From the NCBI GenBank assembly GCA_963821525.1, contig CAWGED010000005.1, positions 128,001 to 192,000 on the forward strand: a stretch of 64,000 bases of DNA, read 5' to 3'. Source of the DNA: an uncultured Gemmatimonadales bacterium (GTDB lineage: Bacteria; Gemmatimonadota; Gemmatimonadetes; Gemmatimonadales; GWC2-71-9). The notes beneath the pieces were generated by a model. The model was not told the origin of the DNA and searched no databases. It saw nothing but the letters and a program-made list of their open reading frames with translations. Below are positions 1 to 11,526 of this stretch, one piece after another (within the stretch, counting starts at the first letter, position 1; each line of letters opens with the position of its first letter). Made by a program: the position numbers and the translations under genes.

Positions 1-119
1 GCATGTTCTTCCTGTTCCGGAACAGCGACCAGCTCGCTCGAGCCAAGGACGCGGCCGCACGCCTCGGCGCGACCGTCCTCCCGGTGGAATGGAATGGGAA
101 TGGAGTTCGCACATGGTAG
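1..119 (+). CDS. 3' end of probable GHMP-family sugar kinase (partial)
   Basis: Frame from nt 3 reads MFFLFRNSDQLARAKDAAARLGATVLPVEWNGNGVRTW*, resembling the C-terminus after the GAGGGG motif of HddA-like GHMP kinases; its stop overlaps the next ATG at 113. Confidence 0.5.
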   Translation, partial: MFFLFRNSDQLARAKDAAARLGATVLPVEWNGNGVRTW

Positions 120-2848
120 TCGCTGAAGAAATCGAAGCTCGCCGAGAGGAGATTGCCGGCCTCCGCCGACCTGTCGGCTCAACTGGAACGGCTCATCGAG
201 CAGGCCCAGCGCTTTCTCGAGCAGCGTCCCCGGATCCCCCAATGGAAGGCCCAGCTTTCGAGCGACGGCGGAGTCTGCCCTAAGGACGGAGCCCCGTTGT
301 CGTTCGATCCCTGGCATCCCGAGTCCCACCGCTGTTCCCGCTGTGGCGCCGTGGTTTCGGGCGAGCGGTATGACCGTTACGCCGCGCGTTACCAGCACCT
401 CTGGCTCTCCGAGCGCATCGCGCATCTGGCGACCGCCGGAGTTCTTGCCGGTGAGGAGAAGCTCGTGGACGGCGCAGGAGCGCTGCTCCGCGATTACTCC
501 AGCAAGTATTTCGAGTTCCCCAACCGCGACAACGTGCTGGGGCCGACCCGGCTCTTCTTCTCGACCTACCTCGAGTCGATCTGGCTCTGCAACGTGGTCG
601 CGGCGGGGCACCTGCTTCGAGAAGGCGGCGCGCTGGACGATTCGACTGCCGAGGCGGTCGGATCGATCGCAGAGGAGGCCGCCAACCTGATCGGAGAGTT
701 CGACGAGGGCCTGTCCAACCGCCAGACCTGGAACAACGCCGCACTGGTCGCCTCTGCGGTGTGGTTCGAGGACGAGGATCTCGCGCGCCACGGGATGGAG
801 GGCCGTAACGGCCTGATCGGCCACCTGGTGGAAGGATTCGGCGAGGATGGCCTGTGGTACGAAGGGGAGAACTATCACCTCTTCGCCCTGAGGGGACTCC
901 TGACTGGACTGGGCTGGGCTCGACTCGCCGGGGTGGACCTGCTGGAAGAAGATGAAAGCCGTGCGCGGTTGGCGGCGGCGCTGCAGGTTACCGGTCTCAC
1001 TGCCCTGCCGGATTTCACTTTTCCTGCGCGGCGCGACGCCCGCTACGGAATCTCGCTGGCCCAGCCGATGTACCTGGAATTGTGGGAAGTAGGGCGCGCC
1101 CGCTTGCGGGCCGCGGGCGACGAGGCACTCGCAGAGCCGCTCGATTCCTGGCTGAGTACTCTCTATTCCGTTCCGGCCCCCGACCGCCGAGGTGTTCGAC
1201 TCCTATCTCCACGAGGCAGGGCTTCCCGCTCCCGCGCAGCGGACGCGGAGCGATCTCTCCTGGTGGACTCTGCTCGAGATGGAGGCGAATCCGCAGGTTC
1301 CAGAGCCGGGATGGCATCCCCCCAGCACGCTGATCGCGTCACAGGGTCTGGCGGTGCTGCGCGATGGGGATCGCTACGCCAGCCTGGAATGCGGAACTTC
1401 GGGCGGTGGTCATGGTCACGCCGACCGTCTCCACCTGACACTGCACGCGGACGGAGTCCACTGGCTGCCCGATCCCGGCACCGGCTCCTACGTGACCTCG
1501 GACCTGTTCTGGTATCGCTCCACGCTGGCGCACAATGCACCGCGCCTGGATGGGGCAGACCAGCCCCGTACCGACGCGCAGTGCGAAGCGTTCGCGACCG
1601 CGGATCAATGGGCCTGGGTCAAAGGCAGGTTCGGCGGTGTGATCCGCACCGTGGTGTCGGGAGGCGGATACTTGGTGGACGTAGTAGAAATGTCCGGGGA
1701 GGAGAGTCGAACGCTGGAGCTTCCCTGGCACCCGAGAGGTCAAACGGAGCTGACGACTTCGGGGCGGTGGGAGCCTGGCAAGTGGGATGAGGAATTCATT
1801 TCCGATAGCGCCAGCCTCACCATAGAGGGGGATCAGCCGATCACGCTCCGATCCCGATTCAACGATCAGGTGCTTGATCTCCACCTGCACGGCAGTGCGG
1901 AACTGCTCAAGGCGCGATGCCCCGCGCTTCCCGGAAGAACCGAGGAGGCCTGGGTCTATCTCGAAAAGCAGCGGGGGCGCTATGCGCGACTGGTCTCGCT
2001 AGTGGTCGCGGGAGGTAACGCGGCAACTGCATTGCGTGTCTCGGCCGATACGATCACCGTAACCACGCCCGGTGGGGAGCACACTCACCGCGTGACGCCC
2101 GAAGGATGGGAGATTCAGTCCCCCCAGGGGCGAGTGCTGCTCCGAGGGTTCCGCCGGCCTCGCGGCGAGCCGCTGCTCCGTCTCCAACTCGAGCAGGGCC
2201 TCGCGACCGCACGAGGGATGGCGCCTCACGTTTCGCAGCCACCAAGGCTGGACGGCACACTGGCTGGGTTCGACCTTGCTTCACCGCTCGAGTTCGATCA
2301 CGACGATCAATATCGGCGCAGCGAAGAGCCATACGGGGGACCGGAGGACTTTGCCGCGGAAGCGTGGGTCAACTGGGACATGGGATACCTCTATCTTGCG
2401 GTGTCGGTCCGGAAGCCCGAGCTGATTTTCCGGTCTCCCGACGATCCTCCGCTCAAACTCGACAACGAGAACGACCTGATTCACTCCGATGGATTGCAGG
2501 TCTACTTCGACCTCGGCCCTGATGAATCGTATGGATTTCTCATCGTTCCCAATCCGCGAAACGACGGCCTGACCGTGGTGTCGGCGAGTCCGGACGCGGC
2601 GGCTTCGGTTCGCGGAACCTGGCAGCGCACGGAATCGGGATATCTGGTGACCGCTGCCATTCCGGTTCCTGCCTGGAAGAGTGCCGCACCCCACGAAACC
2701 ATCAGGTTCGATCTGCTCGTGAACCAGGCTACCTCCGGGCCGTGAGCGGCGCGCCGGCCAACTGGTCTGGAGCGGCGGTGGTGGTTGGGTCTATCTGCGG
2801 GGCGATCGGCAGGAGCGGGCCCGCTTCGGCGTCCTGGAGATGGTGTGA
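113..2848 (+). CDS. Alginate lyase / heparinase II/III-like protein with C-terminal CBM9/DOMON-like sugar-binding domain (frameshifts near 157, 1190, 2740)
   Basis: Stitched ORFs show LSNRQTWNNAAL, DGLWYEGENYHLF, GGGHGHADRL, DPGTGSY, STLAHN; the tail has PRLDG, WDMGYLYLAVSV, SDGLQVYFD, IRFDLLVN; no obvious signal peptide. Confidence 0.75.
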
Positions 2849-4027
2849 GAATCCCCGGCTTCACTTCGACCGGAAGCAAACGGCCCGATGCGCTGTTCGG
2901 TCCCGCGCCGATCATCGAGGGATCGCTGCCTCTCCGGATGACGCGAGCCGAGGGTTGCGCGGTGTGGGATGAGCAGGGCAGGCGTTATACCGACTTTATC
3001 ATGGCACTGGGAGCAGTGTCGCTCGGCTACGGACATCCCGAGGTCAACAAGGCCGCGATTCACGCGATCGAGCAGGGCGTAGTGGGCCCCCTGGCGCCGG
3101 TTCTCGAGGAGGAACTGGCGAGTCGTTTGCACGAACTGTTGCCATGGGTGAAGCAGGTTCGTTTCCACAAGACCGGAGCGGAGGCGGCAGCAGCGGCGCT
3201 ACGTATCGCCCGAGCGGCAACCGGACGGGAGCGAATTCTCACCTGCGGCTATCATGGCTGGCTCGACGGCTGGCAGGAAACCGGGACCGCGGGAGTCCCG
3301 GAGGCGGTCTCCTCGCTCAACACGGCACTGCCCTTCAACGACATCGAACGGGGAATACAGGCAATACGGAAAAGCTGGGGATCAGCTCGCCTGCGTCATG
3401 ATCGAGCCGATAGTGGTGGCAGAACCGTCACTCGAATGGCTCGCGATGCTGCGCCAGGAGACCGAACAGGTCGGCGCCGTGCTGGTATTCGACGAGATCA
3501 AGACCGGCTTCAGGATTGCCCCGGGTGGTGCAGCTGAGCGTTATGGGGTCGAACCAGATCTCGTGGTCCTGGGTAAGGCACTCGCCAACGGATTCCCGCT
3601 GGCCGCGGTGGGTGGTCGAGCAGAGTTGATGGGGCAGGCCACCCATACCTGGATCTCATCCACGTTGGCCACCGAGATGGTGGGCTTGGCCGCAGCCCTG
3701 GCTACGCTCGACGTCATCGAACGAGAAGCGGTGCCGGCCAGGCTTCACCGGAGCGGCCAACGATTCATCGCCGGACTCAATCGGTTGGCACGCCAGCACC
3801 CGGCGGTGATCGCCGCGGTGGCCGGGATTCCCGAGATGTGTTTTCTCCAGTTCCGGAACGAAGCCCTGGGTGCGGAGCTGGCCCGGGAGACGGCCCGACG
3901 CGGTCTCCTGTTCAAGCGTACCGCCTACAACTTCGTGTCGCTGGCCCACGACGACGCTACGATTGATGCCGCCCTGGAGACCCTGGGTGACGCGGTGACG
4001 GCGCTGGGAGCCCTGCATGCTGGTTGA
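2845..4027 (+). CDS. Class III PLP aminotransferase, GSA-aminomutase-like (frameshift near 3370)
   Basis: DFIMALGAVSLGYGHP, FHKTGAEA, GYHGW, FDEIKTGFR, LGKALANG; GTG start overlaps the upstream TGA. Confidence 0.85.
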
Positions 4028-4808
4028 CGTTCACGCCCATTTCCTGCACGACCGGACACCGCGAAGCGACTGGCGGGAGCGCAACGCGAGCCGGCTTCGT
4101 GCCGGCGAGCGGATCGGCATCACGACTCACGTCGCGTCGATCCTCGGCAGCTGGGGTCTCACGTCCCCGATCTATTTCCCTTCGCCGGCCGACCTCACCT
4201 ACGGCAACGATCAGCTGCTCGGGCTGCAGCGGGAGCACCCGACCCGTATCCGGGGCTACGTCGCGGTCAATCCGAACTTCGCGGAGCACGCCCAGGCCGA
4301 GATAGCGCGCTGTCTTGGGGCGGGAATGATCGGCATCAAGCTTGCGGCCAGCCGTCGAGCAAACGACCCCCTGTTGGATCCCATCTGCGAGGCGGCCCGG
4401 GGACACCGGGTGCCGGTGCTGCACCACATCTGGCAACACCGCCGACGGGACTGGCCCGGCCAGGAAGCCTCCGACGCGGTGGAGCTCTGTGAGTTAGCGG
4501 AGCGGCATCGGGAAGTAACCTTCATTTTGGCGCACATCGGGGGTGGTGGAGACTGGCAACATTCGTTGAACCGGGTGCGGGATGTATCCAACGTGATGGT
4601 GGATCTGTCGGGAAGCGGTGTGGATGGCGGTATGCTGGAGCAATGCCTCGAGTGCGCCGGGCCCGAGCGCCTGCTGTGGGGCTGCGACCTGACCATGGAT
4701 ACCGGTCTTGCCAAGCTCCGATACCTCGAGAAACTGCTCGCCGCTCCGGACCTGGAGCTGGTGCGATCGGGGAATGCGCTCCGAATCTTCGGTGAGCGTC
4801 TGCGATGA
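4017..4808 (+). CDS. Amidohydrolase_2 family metallo-hydrolase
   Basis: N-terminal DVHAH, PVLHH, ILAHIGG, RLLWGCD. Confidence 0.85.
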   Translation: MLVDVHAHFLHDRTPRSDWRERNASRLRAGERIGITTHVASILGSWGLTSPIYFPSPADLTYGNDQLLGLQREHPTRIRGYVAVNPNFAEHAQAEIARCLGAGMIGIKLAASRRANDPLLDPICEAARGHRVPVLHHIWQHRRRDWPGQEASDAVELCELAERHREVTFILAHIGGGGDWQHSLNRVRDVSNVMVDLSGSGVDGGMLEQCLECAGPERLLWGCDLTMDTGLAKLRYLEKLLAAPDLELVRSGNALRIFGERLR

Positions 4809-5593
4809 TCACCGACGTCAACACATTCCTCGGCAACTACCCGTTTCGTCGGGTGCCCGGGACCTCTCCCGAGGCTTTGCTCACTGCAATGACGAGGGTG
4901 GGGATCACCGATGCCTGGGTATCCCACCTGCCGGGCCTCTGGTGGCGCAATCCGGCGGAAGGGAATCACTGGTTGTACGAGACCACCCGCCGGTTCCCCC
5001 GTTTGCGGCCGGTTCCCGCGGTGCACCCGGGCATTCCCGGCTGGGAAGCCGCGCTGGAGGAGGCGGTGCAGAACGGGGCCCCTGCGATTCGGGTAGACCC
5101 GGGTCAATACGGACTGGGGGCGACCAGTCCCCTCATGGTCCAGCTGGTTCTTGCCAGTGCCGAGGCCGGAGTTCCTATCGTACTCGCGGTGCGGCTGGAA
5201 GACGGCCGCCAGCGGCATCCGGCCGATACCGCTCCGGAGCTCAGCGCCGCCGCCGTCCGCACCCTGATCCGGCTGGACCGGCGGACCCGCTTGCTGGTGA
5301 CGCACGCGGAGCGCAGTTTCATGGAAGAGGTGCATTTCGGCAGTACCCCGGACGAGGCCAGTCGCATCTGGTGGGATACTTCCTGGGTCTGGGGGCCGCC
5401 CGAGGATCATTTTCAGCAACTGCTGGCCACGATGGGTTCCGACCGGTTCGTATTCGGCACCGGTCAGCCGCTCCGCATACCTGAAGCGGCGGTTGCCAAG
5501 CTCGACCTGCTCGAGCTCGAGCTGGAAGCCCGTCGGGCCATAGAGTCCGGCAACGTCCGCTCCCTGATGACCACAAGGAGTCTCGCTTCATGA
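4805..5593 (+). CDS. Amidohydrolase-fold protein with degenerate metal ligands
   Basis: MITDVNTFLGNYPFR start, LLVTH, DRFVFGTGQP; the HxH motif is replaced by NTF. Confidence 0.7.
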   Translation: MITDVNTFLGNYPFRRVPGTSPEALLTAMTRVGITDAWVSHLPGLWWRNPAEGNHWLYETTRRFPRLRPVPAVHPGIPGWEAALEEAVQNGAPAIRVDPGQYGLGATSPLMVQLVLASAEAGVPIVLAVRLEDGRQRHPADTAPELSAAAVRTLIRLDRRTRLLVTHAERSFMEEVHFGSTPDEASRIWWDTSWVWGPPEDHFQQLLATMGSDRFVFGTGQPLRIPEAAVAKLDLLELELEARRAIESGNVRSLMTTRSLAS

Positions 5594-5922
5594 ATTCACC
5601 GGCTCGGCGACAACATTCCCGGATCTCCTTCTCGGCGTCGGGGCCGCAGCTCCAGACCAGCGGCAAGACCTACGAGATCGTAGATCTTTCCTCCGGCGGC
5701 GTCCGCTTCCGCACGGCAGGAAGGGGTGCGCCGGTCAAGGAAGGGGAGCTGATCCGAGCCATCATCCAGTTCCGCCCCGACAAGGCGGTGGAAGTGCGCG
5801 GGAAAGTGCTGCGGGTGGTGAATGACCAGGTCGCTGCAAAGCTGGATACCGGGGTTCCGCTGCAGACGATTCTGGAGGAGCGGTATTACCCTCCACGTCC
5901 TCGTACGGGTATGGTGTGGTAA
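5590..5922 (+). CDS. PilZ domain protein
   Basis: RRQHSR (RxxxR) and DLSSGG (DxSxxG) motifs. Confidence 0.8.
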   Translation: MNSPARRQHSRISFSASGPQLQTSGKTYEIVDLSSGGVRFRTAGRGAPVKEGELIRAIIQFRPDKAVEVRGKVLRVVNDQVAAKLDTGVPLQTILEERYYPPRPRTGMVW

Positions 5923-6270
5923 TGGCCCGCGACGCGACACCCGGGGATTCTGCACGCGAGTTCTACCGCATCGCGTATCCAGCCAAGGCCAGGCCTCGGC
6001 TCCATGTATCTGGGATTCGATTTCGAGGTTCTCGACCTCTCCGAACGCGGGATCCGCTTCCGCCTCGGCGAGGCGATGGCGCCGGAGGCGGGGCATCAGC
6101 TTCGCGGCACCGTGCGGTTCGTCCGCGGTGTCAGCGCCGAAGTGGGAGGTACAATCCTCCGGGTACGGGACGGTCAGGTAGCCGCAGTTCTGGAGGAGGG
6201 AGTCCCCGCGAGCGTCATCCGCGCAGAACAACGCTTCCTGCTCGAGAACGCCCGCCGCTTCACCACATGA
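5922..6270 (+). CDS. PilZ domain protein (frameshift near 6005)
   Basis: REFYR followed after a frame change by DLSERG. Confidence 0.75.
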
Positions 6271-7400
6271 GCCAGCAGTTCGATGTCGCAGTCGTCGGGC
6301 TGGGCGCGATGGGGAGCGCGGCCCTGCTCGATCTCGCGCGCCGCGGCGTCCGCGCAGTCGGCTTCGACCGGTTTCACCCGCCACATACCCTCGGATCCAC
6401 CCACGGCGAGTCCCGAATAATCCGCCAGGCTTACTTCGAGGACCCGGTCTACGTCCCGCTGGTCAGACGGGCCTACGAACGATGGGAGCTGCTGACCGGT
6501 GAGACCGGGGTCCCGGTATTCCAGCGGACCGGTGGTCTCATGCTGGGGCCGCGCGATGGAGTCCTGGTGAGTGGATCGAGACTCAGTGCGATGACCCATC
6601 AAGTGCCCTTCGAGGAGCTGGATGCCGCGGCGATCGTCAAACGTTTTCCCGATCTCCGGCCCGACCCGGACACGACGGCGATTCTCGAGCCTCATGCGGG
6701 AATGCTCGATCCCGAGGCATCGGTCGCGACCATGCTGGCGCTGGCGAGCCAACTCGGCGCCGCCGTTCATTTCAGCACGGTCGTGAATGGCTGGAACGCT
6801 GGAAGCTCGAGTGTCACTCTGGAAACAACAGCCGGTCGGTTCGAGGCCGGCGCGGTCATTCTGGCCGCGGGGTCGTGGATGGGAGAGCTGATCGGCGGCT
6901 CGCTTCCGTTGAGCGTGGAGCGGCAGATCATGTTCTGGTTCGATCCGCTGACGGGGATGGCGCGAATCTCACCTGAGCGGCTGCCGGTCTTCATCTGGGA
7001 ATGGGCGGCCGATCGGCTGTTTTATGGTTTCCCGGACGTGGGAGAAGGGCTCAAGATCGCCCGGCATCATGATGGGGCGGAAACTACTCCGGCCGCGGTC
7101 GACCGAGGTGTCAGTCCGGAAGAGATGGCGGATGCCCGGTCGTTGTTGGAGCGGTTCATCCCGGCTGCGGCGGGAGGGTTCCGCTCCGCCGCCGTCTGTC
7201 TATACACCAACACCCCGGACTCTCACTTCGTACTCGGGCCTCTCGCTTCCGACCCTCGGGTGATCGTGGTGAGCGCCTGCTCCGGGCATGGTTTCAAGTT
7301 CGCCAGTGCCATCGGTGAAGTTGCGGCCGACCTCGCCACGATCGGCTCAAGTACTTTTGACCTCTCTGTGTTCAGCCCCGACCGATTCACCCAGACATGA
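6267..7400 (+). CDS. solA: N-methyl-L-tryptophan oxidase / monomeric sarcosine oxidase family
   Basis: VVGLGAMGS, GSTHGESRIIRQAYFE, CLYTNTPD, CSGHGFKF. Confidence 0.9.
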   Translation: MSQQFDVAVVGLGAMGSAALLDLARRGVRAVGFDRFHPPHTLGSTHGESRIIRQAYFEDPVYVPLVRRAYERWELLTGETGVPVFQRTGGLMLGPRDGVLVSGSRLSAMTHQVPFEELDAAAIVKRFPDLRPDPDTTAILEPHAGMLDPEASVATMLALASQLGAAVHFSTVVNGWNAGSSSVTLETTAGRFEAGAVILAAGSWMGELIGGSLPLSVERQIMFWFDPLTGMARISPERLPVFIWEWAADRLFYGFPDVGEGLKIARHHDGAETTPAAVDRGVSPEEMADARSLLERFIPAAAGGFRSAAVCLYTNTPDSHFVLGPLASDPRVIVVSACSGHGFKFASAIGEVAADLATIGSSTFDLSVFSPDRFTQT

Positions 7401-8507
7401 GCATGCCGATTCGGAATGCCCTTGGAGTCTCGCTTTGCGCTGTTGCTCTCGCCTGCGGTCAGGCCACGAAGGGCACCCAGCCGGTCGCCTCCAGCATCGG
7501 CTCGTACGCCGACTCGCTGTTCCGAGCCTATGCCGACAGCAACGGTCCCGGGGCCAGTGTGATCGTGCTGCAGCGGGGCCAGGTCGTCTTCCGCAAGAGC
7601 TATGGCGAGGCGAGTCTCGAGGAAGCGAGGGCTGCGACTCCGACGACCAACTACCGGCTCGCCTCCGTCACCAAGGAATTCACCGCCATGGCGACGTTGC
7701 TGGTCGCGCAGGATGGCGGCCTCAGTCTGGACGACTCGATATCAAAGTTCTTCCCGGAGCTACCGCCCAAGCTGCACGCGATAACTGTTCGCAACCTGCT
7801 CACTCACACCTCTGGCCTGCTGGACTACGAGGACTTCGTTCCCGACACCCAGACGGTTCAGGTTCACGACTCGGATGTCCTGAGACTGCTCAGCATTCAC
7901 GATTCAGTCCTTTTCCAGCCTGGCGAGCGCTGGCAGTACTCCAACTCGGGGTACTCGATGCTCGCCTTGATCGTGCAAAAGCAGTCGGGGAAGCGATTCG
8001 CCGACTTTCTCGCCGAGCGAATCTTCCGGCCGCTGGGCATGACGCACACGGTGGCGTTCGAGGAGGGGATCTCTACGGTTTCCGAGCGGGCTTACGGCTA
8101 CTCACGACGCGAGGGTAGCGGTGGCTGGACCCGGACCGACCAGAGTAACACCAGCGCGGTGCTGGGAGATGGCGGGATCTACACGTCAATTGATGACATG
8201 ACCCATTGGGCCGCGGCCCTCGATGCCGGGAAACTGGTGCGGGCGGACCTTCTTCAGCAGGCCTTCACGCCCTACCGGCTCAACGACGGATACCTCGGCG
8301 AAGTATGGGTTCGGCTGGTACCTGGTCCCATTCGCCGATCTCCCTTCCACTTGGCATACCGGGGAAACCAGAGGGTTCCGGAACGCCATCCGGCGTCTGC
8401 CGACCGAAGGCATCACGATCATCGCGCTGACCAACCGCAATGAAGGTGAGCCGATCAAATTGGTGGATTCGCTGGCTCAGCGGATGCTGGGCAGCGCCCG
8501 ACCCTGA
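7397..8507 (+). CDS. Serine hydrolase, beta-lactamase class C family lipoprotein (frameshift near 8295)
   Basis: Lipobox-like LAC, SVTK, LLTHTSG, YSN, HTG. Confidence 0.88.
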
Positions 8508-8835
8508 CTTCCCTTCTCTTATCTCGGCGCTGTTCGCAGTCTTTTATTGAGGCACCGCTTCGTCACCATAGAGCTAACTGGATGAGTATCGGACGGTTGT
8601 GCTCCGGGGGCTTACCAATTCCTTGCGGGTGTTTACCGTATTTTGGGGTGTGGTCGGAGGGATGGGGTCGAGGTGCATGCAACTCAAGAAATAGTTAGGC
8701 GGCCGACTACCATCACGCCTCTGGCAGGCCGAACATGCCCGGGAATCGCCTTCCACATCGTGAGCTCACTGTTCCCGAGTTCGACTTGGCTTCTCGGACC
8801 CACTACCGTCGTCTCACCTCTCACGCCTCACCCCA

Positions 8836-11526
8836 CTAGAACCCCACAACTATCCCGAGACGCACGCTCATTGGTGGCTGGAACTGCAGCGGCTGGCCGT
8901 AGCGAGGATTCGGATCAGCAGGCTGGCCCAGCGAGTCAACAGAGGCAAACCGTAATTGATCGAGAGCCAGTGCCCTGCGAGGACTACCGATGTGCTCCAG
9001 ATCGAGGATAATTCTTGAGGCCGCCCCACGAAGGACGACCCCGGGAAGCTGATAGTCAAGCCTCAGATTCAGGTCCCAGAGCGAAGGGGTGTGTCCCACG
9101 CTCCCGCGAGGGCTGAGGAAGAGAAGATTTCCTCCGTCGAAGCCGAGGCTGCTGAGCGGCGTGCCGCTTTGCCAAAAGGTATAGCTGCCGAAGGTCAATC
9201 CGAACCCGGTCCGATACGATCCATTGAATTTCACGACATGGGTCCGGTCGTTCGGCAGCGGTCCTTTGCTGATCACCCTGCTGCGATGAGTGTCGAACTG
9301 GGTGCTGGCGTTTGCGAGTTGCCCGTCACCGGCGAAGAGACCTAGATAGTTACCGCTGTTTCGCGACAGCACATAGGACATCCTCAGGTGCAGACGACCC
9401 GGGCCCAGACGCTCGACACCAAACTCCAAGGCCTGGTATGTGTGATCCGGCGCGGGAAAGGACTTCATCGCGCCGCTGCCGGGATTGCCCACGACCTCAC
9501 CAACATCGGATTGGGTGTCTTCGATGACGGAACGCAGGATGCGGTAGGTTCCGCTGACAATCCCCTTCCACGCGCTGGTCAGCAGGACTTCGTAGCCCAG
9601 CGTTACCTCATCCTGGTACTCGCCGCGGAGACCCGGCACCGGATGAACGCCTCCGAAGGTTCCGGTCAGGCCGTCGACCAGGACCCCGCCGGTTGTATCC
9701 ACCCGCGGATCCTGCTGATACATGGTGGTCCTGTAAGATCCGTTGCCGTAGAAGAGCGTAAGCGCTCCCAATGGCACCTGCTCGTAGAACCGGCCGGCTG
9801 AACCGAAGAGCTTCTGCGACCCGCGGCGCCCCGGTGAGAGCACGAACCCTATGCGGGGAGACCATTCATTGCCGATCGTTTGCGCGGGCGCCCCACCGGC
9901 CTCCACCTAGTTCTGCTGCTCCCAACGGAGACCAGCATTGAACCGGAGCAGCGGGGAGATCTCCCATGAGTCCTGGGCGTACAGACTGGACACCCGGTTG
10001 CCGACGTGGGCGTTGTTCTGGAGCCGGTCCCAGAGGTAGAAGGAATCGTTGATCCGCAGGATATAACCCCCATCCAATCCATGGCCTTCGTCCAGGCGTT
10101 CGGAGAGCGTGGTGTTTTCGAACTGAGCTCCGCCCTTGAAGGTGTGGGCACCGGCGGCGAGAGTGCTGCTCACAAGCAGGGTGGTACGGCCGTAGGACTG
10201 CCGGTCGCTCCCCCCGAAGCCACCGGAGCCGGTACCCGTGCTGACATCCAGAAAGTTCGGGGCTGTAGCCCCCAGTGCGGTCAGGGGAACAATGTCGTTG
10301 CGAAAGCTGGATCGGGACACGGCGGCTTCGAGGAGCCAGCGAGAGTGGACAACGTGGGTGACGCGGAGGGAGAGGCTCCCGCCGCCCTCATGAAGTGTCG
10401 CGAGCACCACATCCGGATTCAGGACCTGGCTTGGGGGAAAGAAGCCATTCCCAGGGTTCACTTCATCGTGCTCGGAGGGGTCGCCGGTCACGGTCAGCGT
10501 GATCCAGGTGGCGGCCTTAGGCTGCCAGCTGAGCTTCCCCGCGAATCGGTGCTGGACTTGACGGTTCGTCCTTGGCTCCATGCCAGAATAGCCGGCGGTG
10601 CGAGTATCAATGAGGGGATTGTAGGCCGCGTAGAACCAGAGGCGGTCTCTCCGAATGGGGCCGCTCAGGCTCAGTCCCACATCGAACTGGGTGGAGTTGT
10701 TCAGGTTCGGCTCCGCCGGGCCGTACTCTGCGCTGGTTCTCAGCTGGTGGCCACTGAAGAAGGAGAAGGCTTCTCCCTCAAAAGAGTTTCCGCCCGATGG
10801 CGTGATCATGTTGACAATGCCGCCGAGAGCCCGGCCGTATTCGGCCTCATAGCCCCCGGTTTTCAACTCCACGGCCTGCAGAAAATTGTAGGGAAGGTTG
10901 GTCCCGCTGGCGTTGTTGACCGGATCGGTGACATCCGTGCCATCCACGAAATAGGCGTTGTCCCACACGCTTCCACCGGCAACGTTGACGCCGCCCGAAT
11001 GAGGGAGCAGCGACGGGATCTGGGAGATCGCCTGGGGTGCCAGCCCGACCACCGAGAGAAAGCTGCGATCGCTGGGAAGCGCATCGAACTCCTCGGCCTG
11101 CATGATCGTGCCGCTCGTGGTCGTCGTGGGATCGATCGCCGCATTCTGGGCAGTGACCACGATCTCCGACAGCTCGATGGTCATTGGCTCCAGTACGACG
11201 ACACCAAGGTCGGTGGTCTGGCCCGGATTCAGCAGGACTCCTTCATACCGGATGGGGCGGTAGCCCACCGCCCTGATACGAACCGCGTAGGTCCCGACAG
11301 GAAGCGACAGCAGGCGGAATTGACCTCGCTCGTTGGCCTCTACCTTCAATGGCTGCTGTAGCGCTGTGCCGCTCGCCTCTACCTCGACCGCCGGTACCGC
11401 CAACGAGTCATGGGTGACCACCCGACCACTCAACTCCCCCGCCACATCCTGTCCAGCGACCGATTGCACTTGCAGCCCAGCCAACGTCAATCCCATCAGC
11501 ATCCCGACGGCGATTGGACCCCTCAT
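8836..11526 (-). CDS. TonB-dependent receptor with N-terminal carboxypeptidase-regulatory-like domain; in-frame TAG at 9907-9909
   Basis: Signal peptide, KTGGYEAEYGRALGGIVN plug motif, YAQDSW, C-terminal Phe; the two ORFs share one frame across a single amber codon. Confidence 0.88.

Noticed and set aside
2845..4027. Naming the aminotransferase hemL
   Set aside because: It is shorter and divergent, and its context is not tetrapyrrole synthesis
7397..8507. Antibiotic resistance call for the beta-lactamase-like gene (likewise the erythromycin esterase at 30469-31821)
   Set aside because: Both belong to broad hydrolase families; motifs alone do not show resistance activity
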